Assembly: GCA_963720505.1 (NCBI GenBank)
Contig: CAVRFT010000002.1
Span: 16,121 to 80,120, forward strand
Source: an uncultured Chloroflexia bacterium
Lineage (GTDB): Bacteria > Chloroflexota > Limnocylindria > QHBO01
Length of the DNA stretch: 64,000 nt
Direction of reading: 5' to 3'
The position numbers were made by a program, and so were the translations under genes. Below the pieces are notes generated by a model that searched no databases, was not told the origin of the DNA, and saw nothing but the letters and a program-made list of their open reading frames with translations. Of the stretch, positions 42,528-53,904 are shown piece after piece (within the stretch, counting starts at the first letter, position 1; each line of letters begins with the position of its first letter).

Positions 42528-43029
42528 ATGCGTCGCATCAGTGCCCTGCTGCTCGCGTTCCTGCTCGCCCTGACGCTCGCAGCACCAGCGTTCGCAGCCA
42601 CGACCATTCCCGGTACGCGCTTTTGTGAAGGAGAACTTCGAGCGCGCGCCTTCTGATCGGCCGTGTGAGTTCGACGAAGCAACCGAAGAAGTCACCTGCT
42701 TCGGATTCGGGAACGCCAAGAGGTTCGGCCCGCTCACGTCCGTCATCGTCTTCTCGAGCACGGGCGAGTCAGTTCGCACCCTCACCCTGCGAGACGGATC
42801 GACCGTCATGCTGGAAGAGACATACGACAACTTCCAGACGCCCGGCAAGTCCGGCGAGGCCCCCGGGATCTTCCACTCGTTCGGCAATCCGGGCGTCCTG
42901 ACCGGGACGTTCGAAATCATCGGCGGGACCGGCGCCCTTGAAGGCGCGACTGGCTCCGGGACGGTCAAGCACATCGTTGCCGGAAACACCCGTCAAATCT
43001 TCTTCACGGGAACGATCACGCTGCCGTAA
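42528..43029 (+). CDS. Secreted dirigent/allene-oxide-cyclase-like beta-barrel protein; frameshift near 42623
   Basis: GGAGG SD, signal peptide, IIGGTGALEGATGSG motif. Confidence 0.65.
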
Positions 43030-43135
43030 CGGCAACCGTTGTCCTATCACTGGCGTCGGGCGACCCCGGTCGCCCGGCGCCAGAGCAACCGAACAGCTCA
43101 CATTCGGACAGGCTCGGGGGTTGGAGGGTGGTGAC

Positions 43136-43606
43136 GTGATTCGCGGTGCGCGCTTCGCATACGCGGCGCTGGCCTGGGCATTCGTGGCGGCGATCGTTCT
43201 CCAGGTGTTCTTCATCGGCCTTGGGCTCTTTGTCGGGCCCGAGAACCTGGAGCTCCATCGCAACTTCGGTTGGATCCTGCACCTCGCGCCGTTGCCCATC
43301 CTGGTGGCGGCAGCGCTCGCACGCGCGGGTCGCACGCGCATTTTGCAGGCGGCGGGCCTGGTGGTCGTCATCTTCTTCGTCCCGATCCTGGCGGCAGTCC
43401 GCACCGATCTCCCATATGCCGCCGCCTTCCATCCGGTTGGGGCGCTCATCGCCTTCTGGCTCGCGACTGTCATCGCGCGCGGCGCAACCAGCCTCGTTGG
43501 CTCCAGCGACACCGAGGATGTCACGAGTCGAGCCGAGTGGGTGCTCGTGGCAGTGTTGGTGGTGCTCGTGCTGTTCGTCTCGCTCAGCGGAAGCCCGGAC
43601 GCCTGA
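43136..43606 (+). CDS. DUF6220-like membrane protein
   Basis: LQVFFIGLGLF..HRNFG..AAFHPVGAL with conserved His residues; multi-TM. Confidence 0.7.
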   Translation: MIRGARFAYAALAWAFVAAIVLQVFFIGLGLFVGPENLELHRNFGWILHLAPLPILVAAALARAGRTRILQAAGLVVVIFFVPILAAVRTDLPYAAAFHPVGALIAFWLATVIARGATSLVGSSDTEDVTSRAEWVLVAVLVVLVLFVSLSGSPDA

Positions 43607-43645
43607 CACTCTGCTGGTGGGATCCGCGGCGCCTACGCTTGGCGG

Positions 43646-44537
43646 GTGACAGAGACAAGCCGGCGCCCCGTCTTCGGCATGTCAGTGGTCCCCGTGGCCG
43701 CCGACTACCCGCAGATCGTGGACGACGTCCTGTTCGGCGAGGCGCACGGCCTGGAGCTGGTCGGCATCCAGGACCACCCATACCAGCGGCGCTACCTCGA
43801 CACCTTCGCCCTGATCGCCGATCTCCTGGCCCGCACTCACGCGACTTCGCTTCTTCCCTGATGTCGCTTCCCTGCCGATGCGCGGTCCCACCATGCTGGC
43901 CAAGGCCGCCGCGTCGCTGGACGTCATGAGCGGCGGCCGCTTCGAGCTGGGGCTGGGCGCCGGCAACTTCTGGGATGCGGTGGCCGGCATGGGCGGTCCC
44001 CACCGCACCACCGCCGAGGCGGCCGATGCCCTGGAGGAAGCGATCCCCATCATCCGCGACGCGCTCGACGTCGGCCCGGAGCGTCGCGTCGTGCGCGGCG
44101 ACGGCCCGCATTACACGGTGCCCGGCTATCCGCCCGGTCCCCCGCCGGCGCATCGGGTCGAGATCTGGATCGGCGCCTACCGGCCTCGCGGACTGCGCCT
44201 GATCGGTCGCATGGCCGATGGGTGGGTCCCCTCCTTCGGCTACACCGGTGTCGACGGCCTGCGCGAGGGCTCGAAGCGCCTGGACGACGCCGCGCTGGCG
44301 GCTGGGCGCGATCCGGCGGCCATCAAGCGCATCCTCAATGTGGGCGGCCTGGTGACCGATGGACCCCTCGGCGACAACCCACTGGACGGGCCGGTGGACC
44401 GATGGGTGGCGACACTCACGGACCTGGCGGTCGACATCGGGATCGATACGTTCGTCTTCTGGCATGCCGACCGCACGTCGCTGGAGCGCTACGCGACCGA
44501 GGTCGTCCCACGAGTCAGGGAAGCCCTCAGGGTTTGA
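43646..44537 (+). CDS. LLM-class flavin-dependent oxidoreductase; frameshift near 43850
   Basis: GIQDHPYQ, LAKAAASLDVMSGGRFELGLGAG, IGRMADGW. Confidence 0.9.
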
Positions 44538-44576
44538 GACACATGAGCTGTCACGCGCGGTCGCCACGCTCGGGAC

Positions 44577-44780
44577 ATGCACACGGTCGATTACCGCCAG
44601 TTCATCAACCGCAACCTGCCGCTGCAGGACCGCGGTTGCACGTCCAAGGCGGTGTTCATCAGTCGCCGCGAGGCGCAGAGCCTGCTTCGCAATAGCCGGC
44701 ACGGGTCGACGGGGCTCAAGCCCTATCGCTGCCGATGGTGCGAAGGCTGGCACCTTGGCCATCCGCGGCGAGCGCACTGA
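44577..44780 (+). CDS. Small putative zinc-finger protein
   Basis: C..K..F.S..EA...PYRCRWCEGWHL pattern. Confidence 0.7.
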   Translation: MHTVDYRQFINRNLPLQDRGCTSKAVFISRREAQSLLRNSRHGSTGLKPYRCRWCEGWHLGHPRRAH

Positions 44781-44781
44781 G

Positions 44782-45006
44782 TTGATCCCCGCCACGACCG
44801 CCCTGCCGCCGTGCCCGCGCTGTGGCGCGAGGGATCCGGTCCCGATCGTCTACGGCTACCCGGACTTGGAGCTGGGCGAGGCCGAACGGCGTGGCGAAGT
44901 CATCCTGGGCGGCTGCCTCGTCGGCCCCGAGTCGCCCGAGTTCGAGTGTCGCGCCTGCGGCGTTCCACTGCCATGGACGACGGGAGCCGATCCCTTCGAG
45001 GACTAG
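44782..45006 (+). CDS. Small putative zinc-ribbon protein
   Basis: CPRC..VPIVYGYP..GEVILGGC..FECRAC. Confidence 0.7.
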   Translation: MIPATTALPPCPRCGARDPVPIVYGYPDLELGEAERRGEVILGGCLVGPESPEFECRACGVPLPWTTGADPFED

Positions 45007-45096
45007 AACTGCGGGAAGGGCTGGCGCGCCGTGCGGCCTTGATGCCGGAGACCGGCACATTCCAGGCCGTATCCGTCGGGTGGATACTCCCCTCAA

Positions 45097-45708
45097 GTGA
45101 CGGCACGCGGCGTCTGGCTCGCGATCGATATCGGCCTCAAGCTGGCCCTGATCGGCCTGCTCCTGATGGCCGTCCTGTTCCCGCACCTGCCCCAATTCGA
45201 GGGCAAGGCCATGGGTGGACGGGCGCTGGCCTACCCGCTGTCCACCCTGATCGTGCCGGTCGTCTGGTTCGTGTGGTTCCGCCGCTACCCCTACCCGATC
45301 GCCATCGACATCCTGATCGTGCTGCCGTTCCTGATCGACACGGCCGGCAACGCCCTGGACCTGTACGACACCATCGAGTGGTGGGATGACGCCAACCACC
45401 TCGTCAACTGGGCGATCCTCACCGCCGGCGCGGCCGTTGCCCTGTCCTACCTGCCGCTCGGACGCCTGAACCGATTCGCCCTGGGCGTGGGGTTCGGCGC
45501 CGTGACCGCCATCGGCTGGGAGCTGGCGGAGTACATCACCTTCATCCGCAATTCTCCGGAGCTGGCGACGGCCTACACCGACACCCTCGGAGACCTGGTG
45601 CTCGGCACGCTTGGCGCGGTCATCGGGTCGGCGGTCGTGGCGTACCTCTTGCCGTCGCGGTCATCGGACGCCTCGATGGTGGAGTTTCCCGCCGCCCCGA
45701 GATCCTGA
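45097..45708 (+). CDS. Membrane protein, DUF2238/YjdF-like
   Basis: WWDDANH, GWELAEY, YTDTLGD; about 6 TM. Confidence 0.65.
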   Translation: MTARGVWLAIDIGLKLALIGLLLMAVLFPHLPQFEGKAMGGRALAYPLSTLIVPVVWFVWFRRYPYPIAIDILIVLPFLIDTAGNALDLYDTIEWWDDANHLVNWAILTAGAAVALSYLPLGRLNRFALGVGFGAVTAIGWELAEYITFIRNSPELATAYTDTLGDLVLGTLGAVIGSAVVAYLLPSRSSDASMVEFPAAPRS

Positions 45709-45943
45709 GCTTCCCCGCCTGGTCGCTCCCCCGGCAAGCCGCGTCCTAACGACTTCGTAGGCCGAACGACCTACCGGCGCGATCAGTCATCGGCTCCGCC
45801 GCCGACGGCCGCGGCGATATGGCTACGAAATTCCGTTAGGCGGCGCCCATCTATCCGATGGTCAGGGTTGCCGGTTCAAGACGCGACCCGACATCCTCCG
45901 TGACCTGCTGCCCACGCTAGCCGCACGCAACAGGAGGAACGTA

Positions 45944-46168
45944 TTGAGACATCTCAGATATCTCGTTGTGGCCATCGTGGTTCCCGCCCTGATTCTGGCT
46001 GTGTTCGCCGTCAGCGCGGTGTTCGCCGGGGGACCACAGGGAAAGACGACCATTTGCCATGCCGCGGCGAAGAAGTACGTCGAGATCACGGTCTCGAACA
46101 ATGCTTTGCCGGCGCACATGGCCCATGGCGACGTGCTGCCTGACGAGTACGGCGACTGCCCGTCCTAG
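45944..46168 (+). CDS. Small secreted Cys/His-motif peptide
   Basis: AGGAGG SD + TTG, signal peptide, KTTICH..YVEITVS..AHMAHGD..C. Confidence 0.75.
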   Translation: MRHLRYLVVAIVVPALILAVFAVSAVFAGGPQGKTTICHAAAKKYVEITVSNNALPAHMAHGDVLPDEYGDCPS

Positions 46169-46236
46169 CGTCGAGACAGCAAGAACACCGATGGCGCCCA
46201 ACTCGGGCGCCATCGCGCGTCATGGAGGACTGACCG

Positions 46237-47426
46237 ATGGCTATCGGGACTGCCGCCGTTCGCCCCATCCCGGAGGGCGTGACCGAGCGGACTGCCGATT
46301 CAACGGCGCCGAGCGTGTCGATCGTCATGCCGTGCCTCAACGAAGAGGAGACGGTCGGCATCTGCGTCGAGAAGGCGATGAGCTGGCTGGCGCAATCCGG
46401 CACGCCGGGTGAGGTCGTGGTCGTCGACAACGGGTCGACCGACCGCTCCGCGGAGATCGCATCGGCCGCCGGCGCGCGGGTGATCCACGAGCGGCGTCGC
46501 GGCTATGGCCAGGCGTACCTGCGCGGCTTCTCGGAGGCGCGTGGCGACTACATCGTCATGGGCGACGCCGACGACACGTACGACTTCTCCAACCTGGATC
46601 CGCTGATCGCGCCGCTGGCCAATGGCGCGGACATGGTGCTGGGCAACCGCTTCTCCGGCGGCATCGCGTCCGGCGCCATGCCCTGGGCGCATCGCTACCT
46701 GGGCAGCCCGATCATCAACGCCGTCATCCGGCTCTTCTTCGGCACCCGGATCGGTGACAGCCAGAGCGGGCTGCGCGCGTTCCGGAAGGACGCTGCCGAG
46801 CGTCTGGGCCTGCGCTCCACCGGCATGGAGATGGCCTCCGAGATGATCGTGAGCGCGGCGCGAGCCGGGTTCCACATCGTCGAAGTCCCGGCGCCGTACG
46901 CCGTGCGGCGCGGCGAAAGCAAGCTCAGCACCGTGCGCGACGGCTGGCGCCACCTCCGCTACCTGCTGCTGGCGGCACCCGATTTCCTGTTCACGCTGCC
47001 GGGCGCGGCGTTGATCGTGCTCGGCGCGATCGCCACCGCCATCACGCTCGCCGGCCCGGACGGCATCCAGATCGGCCCCTGGCCTGGCGCCCGGTGTTCG
47101 CCGGCTCGATCCTGCTGGCCATCGGCGTCAATGCCTTGCTGTTCGGCGTGATCGCCAAGCTGTTTGGCGTCTCGCGTGGCCTCCTGGCCGAGGACCACTG
47201 GTCGCGCCTCTATCGGCGCTGGTTCAAGCTCGAGGTCGTCCTGGCGATCGCCGCGCTGCTGTTCGTCACCGGCTTCGCGCTGGAGCTCACCCTCTTCGGG
47301 GCGTGGACGACCAACGCGGTACAGGTCGACGGACTGCAGCTCGCCGCGCTGGCGCAGACCCTGATGATCGTGGGTGCGGAGCTCGGCTTCGGCGCCTTCC
47401 TGCTGGTGACGATCCAGTCGCCATGA
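46237..47426 (+). CDS. GT2 polyprenyl-phosphate glycosyltransferase (DPM1-like) with C-terminal TM domain; frameshift near 47090
   Basis: VMPCLNEE, VVDNGSTD, MGDADDTYD, DSQSGLRAF, EMASEM. Confidence 0.9.
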
Positions 47427-48609
47427 GTGACCGCCGCCTCCGGATCGCCTTCGTCTACGACGCCCTCTTCCCCTACGTCAAGGGTGGCGCCGAGCGGCGA
47501 TACCACGAGCTCGCTCGACGGCTCAGCCAACGGCACGACGTGCACATGGTCAGCTGGACGTGGTGGGACGGAGCGCCCGACGAGTCGCTGAATGGCCTGA
47601 CCCTGCACGGCGTCGGCAGGCCACCGGCGCTGTACGGGACCGATGGCAAGCGGACGATCCGCGAGGCCGCGGCCTTCAGCGCCCGGGCGCTGCCGACGCT
47701 GCTCCGCGGCAAGTGGGACGTCATCGACTGTTCCGCCACGCCGTACCTGCCGCTCATCAGCACCTGGCTCGCGTCGCGGCTGACCGGCACCCGCTTGACG
47801 GCAACCTGGCACGAGTTCTGGGGTGAGCACTGGCGCGAATACCTGCCGGAGCGTCCGGTCGTGGCCCGCGTGGCGATGGCGCTTGAGTCTGCCTGCCGCC
47901 GGCTGGGTGACGAGATCGTGGCCGTCTCCGACTTCACGGCGGCCGCGCTGGCACTGCCCGAAGGACGCGTCCAGGTCGTGCCCAACGGCGTCACCCTGTC
48001 CGAGATCGACGCGGCGCCGCTGCCCAGCGATCCGGCAGACGTCGTGTACGTCGGGCGCCTGATCGACGAGAAGCGGGTCGATCTGCTCCTGGACGCCGCC
48101 GCCAGGCTCCGCCAGCGAGTGCCGGGCGTGAGCTACTCGATCATCGGCTCCGGACCCGAGGCGGGCACGCTGCAGGCGCGGGCCGTGCGCCTGGGAGTCG
48201 CTGATCGCGTGCGGTTCCACGGCCACCTCGAGGCCGCCGAGACCTACGGTCGCATCAAGGCCGCCAGGCTCCTGGTGCTGCCCTCCGTGCGAGAGGGATT
48301 CGGCATGGCCGTGGCGGAAGCGCAGGCAGCCGGCACCGTGCCCGTCGTGGTGCGCAGCCCGCACAGCGGCGCCGCCGACCTCGTGCGCGATGGCGTGGAC
48401 GGACTCGTGGTGCCGCCGACAGCCACCGCGCTGGCGGACGCCATGGCCACGGTCCTGGCCGACCCGGCTCGCCTGGAGACGATGGGTCGGGCCGCACGCG
48501 CGACCGGCGCGAGCGTGACTGGGAGCAGCTGGCCGACCGGATGGAAGCGCTCTACCGCGGGCCGGTCGCAGCGCTCACCCCCGTCCCAAGCGTCGACGCC
48601 GCGCCATGA
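47423..48609 (+). CDS. GT4 glycosyltransferase
   Basis: RIAFVYDALFPYVKGGAERR, YVGRLIDEKRVD, PSVREGFGMAVAEAQAAG. Confidence 0.9.
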
Positions 48610-50894
48610 CCGACGACCGAGCGGCAGCTGACGCCGACCCGCGGCTCTGACGCTCATGCGGGCTGGGCCGCCGCCCTGGCGCGCTGGCGCCCGAGCGAGG
48701 CCGACATCGGGCGTCGCCTGCCGGTGGCTCATCGCGCATGGCCGTGTGGCGGGCCTGGTCTTCGCGATCGTGATGAGCACGCCAATCGGCAGCGGCGACT
48801 ACGGCCAGTGGCTCATGACGTCTCGGCTGTTACCTGGGCGAGCCGGTGCCGGATTACCGCGACGTCGCCGACGCTGCCGCCCTCGTGCCCGGTCTTGCTG
48901 GCGGGGATCCGCCTGCGTCGTCCCCGACCCCGTGCTCGCGCTTGGACGCTGCTGAACGCGCTCGTGCTGGCGGGCCTGCTGGCGCTACCTTCTACGCTTC
49001 TCGGCGCGATGGTCGGTGCGCGAATCGATGGGCCGGCGTCCTCAGCGCTGGTGATCGGGCTGCTGGTCACCGATCGGTTCCTGGAGCTGTTCGCGTTCGG
49101 CGGTCTGCTCCAGATCGCGGCGATGACCTTCATGGGTTGACCGTCGTGGCATTCGTGCGTGCCGCCCGCGCGCCGACACGATGCGAGCGCCGCTGGTGGC
49201 TCGCCGGCGTGGCTGCGCTTGGCCCTGGCGGCCTCACCCACGTCGGCGACCGGCATGATCGCGGTGCCGGTCGGCCTGTCGCTGGCCGGCATGGTCGCTC
49301 ATCCCGCGGCGCGAAGCTATGGGCTGGCGTCGACTGAGCGATCGCGGCTGCTCCCCCTGGTGCTCGGCCTCATGGCCGTCGGCCGGCTACTGGCTCCTCG
49401 TCCTGCTGCCGGCCAGCGCCGACTACGTGACGAACCCGGCCAGCCTGGCCTACCGCGGCCCGGATCGCCTGCTCAGCTCGCTCACCTCGCTACGTGGCCG
49501 ACGGCAGTCGTCGCGATTGTGCTGGGCGCTCGGCGCGATTGCGCTCGGGAGTCTTGGCGAGCTGCTTCGCCGTCGAGCGCGATGGATACGATGCGTGCTG
49601 CTCGCGCCTGGGCTCGCGATCGTTTGGGGGCTGCTCGCCTACTCGATCGCTGTCGCGGCGCCGCCACCGACTACCCGCGCTTCGCGACGCTCCTCTTGGC
49701 TCCCGCTCGTGATCGGCGCCGCCGGCGCGGTGCTCTGGCTGATCCGCTGCGCTCGCCACGCTCGACCCGGGAGATCGGTGCGCTGCCGTCCCGCAGCAGG
49801 CAGTGGTCATCGCGTGTCGTCGTGCTGGTCCGGCGATTTCCACTCCGTTCACCGTGCAGCGCTTCGGCCGGCAGGCCGTCGTTCTACCAGCTACGAGACG
49901 CCGACGGCGCTGACGTCCGCAGCCCTGGCTCATCGAGGCCGCTCTGGCGGGCAGCCGGAGCGGTGCTGACCGACGTCCGCGAGGGCAAATGGGTCGAGGG
50001 CCTGACCGGTCGCGAGGCCCTGTTCAGCCAGCCGGTCCGCTACGCCTTCCGGCCGAACGAGTGGCAGCGCAGCGTCGATGCCGACGCCGCTGCTGCGCTC
50101 GACGCACGACCCTGACCAGTGGCCTCGTCTCGGCGCATGTACATCGGTCGCATACGGAGGTCGACGGCAACGCCCTTCCGACCGACCTGCTGGTCCGGGC
50201 AACCATGGCGGCGAGTTCGTCGATCTGCTGCGCATCAATCCCGCGCCGTCGAGATCAATGCGGGTCGCGGTCAGTGGACGGCGGCGAATCGCCTCGCGCC
50301 GGTGCGCGCGACCAGACGGTCAAGCGACCGCCAGGCGACGGCTGACGCACGGTCTGGGCAAGCGGTCGCAGCCACGGATGCTCGCTCACGCAGACGAGCC
50401 ACCGTCTTCGAAGGACGGGGCGACGCTGGGCGTCCGAATCGACTCGCCAGAGCACAGGATGCGCGGCGACGCTCTACGCCGCCGGCCGGTTCCAGCTGGA
50501 GCGTGACGGACCTCTCGGCCACCGAGGCGACGATCGTGCCTGCCGCATGCGTCGGTGACGCACCGCCCTGTGCCTGAGGTTGGGCCGGCCACCCTGAGGC
50601 GTCGCTTGCGCACCGACCGAACGGCGGACTGCGGGTTCGCAGCGACGAGCGACGGCCGGCATCGACGTGCTGGTCACGGCGCTCACGGCCGGCAACGCGT
50701 CGGTTGGCCTGGGGCTGCTGGATCCGGCGCAGGTCGCTGGCGGAGCACGACGTCCGCGCCGCGCTGCTCTGGCAGGTTCGACCCCGCCTTCGCAGGACCG
50801 CGTCAGCCGCCTCGAGGACGCTTGGCTTCCGCGAGGCCGCAGCGTCGGCCCATACAGAGTCCTCGTGCGCGAGATCGCGGCTTCGGTCCGATGA
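48606..50894 (+). CDS. Large multi-TM protein, putative GT-C (PMT/ArnT-like) glycosyltransferase; heavily frameshifted
   Basis: Fragments GSGDYGQWLMTSR, ELFAFGGLLQ, LTHVG, YPRFATLL, VLTDVREGKWVEGLTGR; ATGA overlaps with both neighbours. Confidence 0.55.
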
Positions 50895-51906
50895 GCGTCA
50901 TCGGGCACCGGCTGCGCAGCCCCGTCCTGGTGGTCGGCGCCTACGGCTACGGCAACGTCGGGGACGAGGCGATCCTGAGCGGCCTCCTCGACCCGGCTGG
51001 AAGGCCACGCGGTCACCGTGGTTTCGCGCTCGCCGGGCGATACGTCGGCCCTGCATGGCGTGCGATCGATCGGCATCGACCAGGCCGTACCGGCCCTGCG
51101 CCAGCACCGTTCGGTCGTCATCGGCGGAGGTGGCCTGTTCGGGCGGGACATGGGCCGGATCGGCCGGCTGCTGCCGGCCTTCGGTCTCCTGGCCGCCGCG
51201 CTGGGCAAGAGGGTGTGTGTCGTCGGGGTCGACCTCGACGACCACCTCTCCGGTTCGGCGCGCGTCCTGGTCCCGCTCCTCATGCGGGCCGCGACATCGG
51301 TCCAGGTGCGAGATCGCGCGTCAGCAGCCGTCCTGGAGGCTCGTGGCGTCAGCGCCGGCGTGGAACCTGACCTGTCCGCCTGGATGCAGCCGCGAGACGC
51401 GGAGGCAGGTCGCGAGGCGCTGCAGCGCGCCGGTCTTGATACGGAGCGGCCGATCATCGGCCTGGCGTTGACCGGCGTGAACCCGGCCCTGGCCGATCGC
51501 GTCATCGAGGCAACGACCGCCGCAGTGGACGCGCTGCCGGAGGCGCAGTTCTGCTTCATTCCCATGAGCCGTCACCCCTGGGTGCCAGCCCACGATGACC
51601 GGCTCGTCGCGGAGCGTCTGAGGCAGCTGCGGCCCGCGAGTCGCGGTGCTGGACGGTCCCCTGCCGCCGGACCTGGTGCTGGCCACCATCGGTGAGCTGT
51701 CGGCGCTCGTGGCGATGCGCTATCACGCGATGCTGTTCGCGGAGCGCGCCGGTGTCCCGCTGATCCCGATCTCGTACGCGGACAAGACCGAACGATGGGT
51801 CACGGAGCACGGGCTGCGCTCGGTCCGCCCCGATGCCACGGACCTCACCCGGCCCTGCGCGAGGCGCTGTCCGCCAGTGCCTCCCCCCGGCGACCGCGCC
51901 TCCTGA
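50891..51906 (+). CDS. Polysaccharide pyruvyl transferase (CsaB/WcaK-like); frameshifted
   Basis: GAYGYGNVGDEAIL, VIGGGGLF, VQVRD..S, PDL, AMRYHA. Confidence 0.85.
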
Positions 51907-51926
51907 GGACCGCATCCTGATGGCCG

Positions 51927-52950
51927 ATGCGCGCCAGGTTGGCCGCCCGCGTGGCCCTGGGCGTCGCGATCCTCGGGCTGGTCCTGCTTGCCGTGGATCC
52001 GGCGGAGGTGGCGCGGGCGCTCGCCACCGCGGACCTGCGACTGGTGATCGTGGGCATCCTGGGCCTCACCGCCATGCACGCCGTGGCCGCCGCCGGCTGG
52101 CGCTGGATGATCGCCCAGCGCTCTGGCCTGAAGCTGTCCTGGGGAGCGGCGCTGCGCGTTCACTACGCCGCGCAGGCGCTGGGCAGCGTGACGCCCGGCA
52201 ACCTGGGCAGCGATGTCCATCGCGCGACGGTGGTCCGCCAGGCAGGTCACGGCTGGTCGGCGGCCATTGAGCCGATCGTCGTGCAGCGCGCGACGAGCTA
52301 CCTCGCCCTCAGCCTGCTGGCCGGGATCGGGCTCGTGGTCGTCTCGAGCGACCGACGAGCTGAGCCGGGTGATCGTGCTGATCGGTGCCGCAGTGGCGGG
52401 ATTGCTGCTGCTCACCTCATGGCAGCTGCTCCGGCCCATCGGGCCGTTTCGCGGACTCCACACGTGGCTCCGCCGGCGAGTCGATGGCGCAGCGTATGAG
52501 CACGGGACCGATGACGATGAGGTGACGCAGCACACCTGGTCGATCCTGTTGATCGGGCTCGTCACCGGTCTCATCTTCCACGCCGGCAGCGTGGCGCTCA
52601 CCTGGCTGCTGGTGTTCGCCATTGATCCGCAGACGCCGGTCTGGCCGGTGCTCGGCGCGATTGCGATCGCTCGCCTCAGCCTGGCCGTGCCGCTGACGCC
52701 AAACGGGCTCGGGGTCCAGGAGGGGACGCTGGCTGCGCTCCTCACCGCGATGCAGGTCTCGGCGCAGCCGGCCCTCGCCGCCATGCTCCTCGCCCGGCTC
52801 TCGACCGTCCTGCTGGCGGCCATCGGGGTCGCGCTCATGGTCAGGGGGCATCGGGCGCGCGCCGCTTCCCTCCCGTTACTCGGAGCAGGCTGGCAAGGTG
52901 GTCCACCCGTAGGGTCCGATCCGGCCCACCCGCAGGCAGAAGCGGCCTGA
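51927..52950 (+). CDS. Lysylphosphatidylglycerol-synthase TM / UPF0104 flippase-like protein; frameshifted
   Basis: RWRW-like segment, SVTPGNLGSD, VPLTPNGLGVQE, LLARL. Confidence 0.8.
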
Positions 52951-52965
52951 CCTACGATGGTCGCG

Positions 52966-53859
52966 ATGGACTCAGTAGACGACAGGGGCTCCCAGGTCGA
53001 CACCACCGAAACGGGACCCGGTGGCCTTGGCTGGGACGCGGTGTATCAGCAGGACCAGGCGCCCTGGGACATCGGTCGACCACAAGCCGTCATGATTCGC
53101 CTGGCCGATGCCGGTGAGATTGCCTCCCCCGTCCTCGACAGCGGCTGCGGCACCGGCGAGCACACGCTGCTCTTCGCCTCCCGCGGCCTGGACGCGATGG
53201 GCGTCGACGTCTCTCCCACGGCCATCGGTCGCGCCCGACAGAAGGCGGCCGAACGTGGCAGCAACGCCGACTTCCGGGTCGGCGACGTGCTGGCGCTGGA
53301 TCGGCTGGGCCGCACCTTCGCGACCATCATCGATTCGGGCGTGTTCCACATCTTCAGCGACGCCGATCGCGTGCGGTACGTGGCCAGCCTGGCCTCCGTC
53401 CTCCAGCAGGGCGGCGTGCTGCACCTGCTGGCCTTCTCCGAGCTGACGCCGGGCGAGCGAGGACCGCGCCGCGTCACCCAGGCGGAGCTGCACGCTGCCT
53501 TCGCCGATGGGTGGGAGATCCAACGCATCGAGGCGGCTGAGCTCGAGGTCCGACCCGACTGGGCCGATGAGGCTCCACGCTGCTGGCTGGCGCGAATCGT
53601 CCGCACCGGCTCGCCCACCGTCGAGGCCAACGCCACGACCCGCCTCGCGGCGCTGCCCTCCCGTTCGGGCGCCGGGCAGCTGGTGATGGGCATCCTGGCC
53701 GGCATCGACCACCTGATCGCGAACCGGCCGCGGGCCGTGCCGCAGATCGAGGAGGCGTATCGCGATCCGTGGGCGACCACCGATGGGCTCACGGTCGACG
53801 GGTTGGATGAGCCGATGGATCGGCCGGAACCGCCGGATCGCTCCGGAGCCCGCCTCTAG
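52966..53859 (+). CDS. Class I SAM-dependent methyltransferase; last about 57 aa may be a separate gene
   Basis: APWDIGRPQ, VLDSGCGTGEH, GVDVSPTAI, IIDSGVFH. Confidence 0.85.
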   Translation: MDSVDDRGSQVDTTETGPGGLGWDAVYQQDQAPWDIGRPQAVMIRLADAGEIASPVLDSGCGTGEHTLLFASRGLDAMGVDVSPTAIGRARQKAAERGSNADFRVGDVLALDRLGRTFATIIDSGVFHIFSDADRVRYVASLASVLQQGGVLHLLAFSELTPGERGPRRVTQAELHAAFADGWEIQRIEAAELEVRPDWADEAPRCWLARIVRTGSPTVEANATTRLAALPSRSGAGQLVMGILAGIDHLIANRPRAVPQIEEAYRDPWATTDGLTVDGLDEPMDRPEPPDRSGARL

Positions 53860-53904
53860 GCTGATCGCCGCCACGGACCGCGGGCGCTGGCCGAGGCGAC
53901 GTTC

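Noticed and set aside
52966-53859. Novel methyltransferase C-terminal domain
   Set aside because: The last about 57 aa start at their own ATG (about 53686) after a low-complexity linker, so a lost stop or indel joining two genes is equally plausible.
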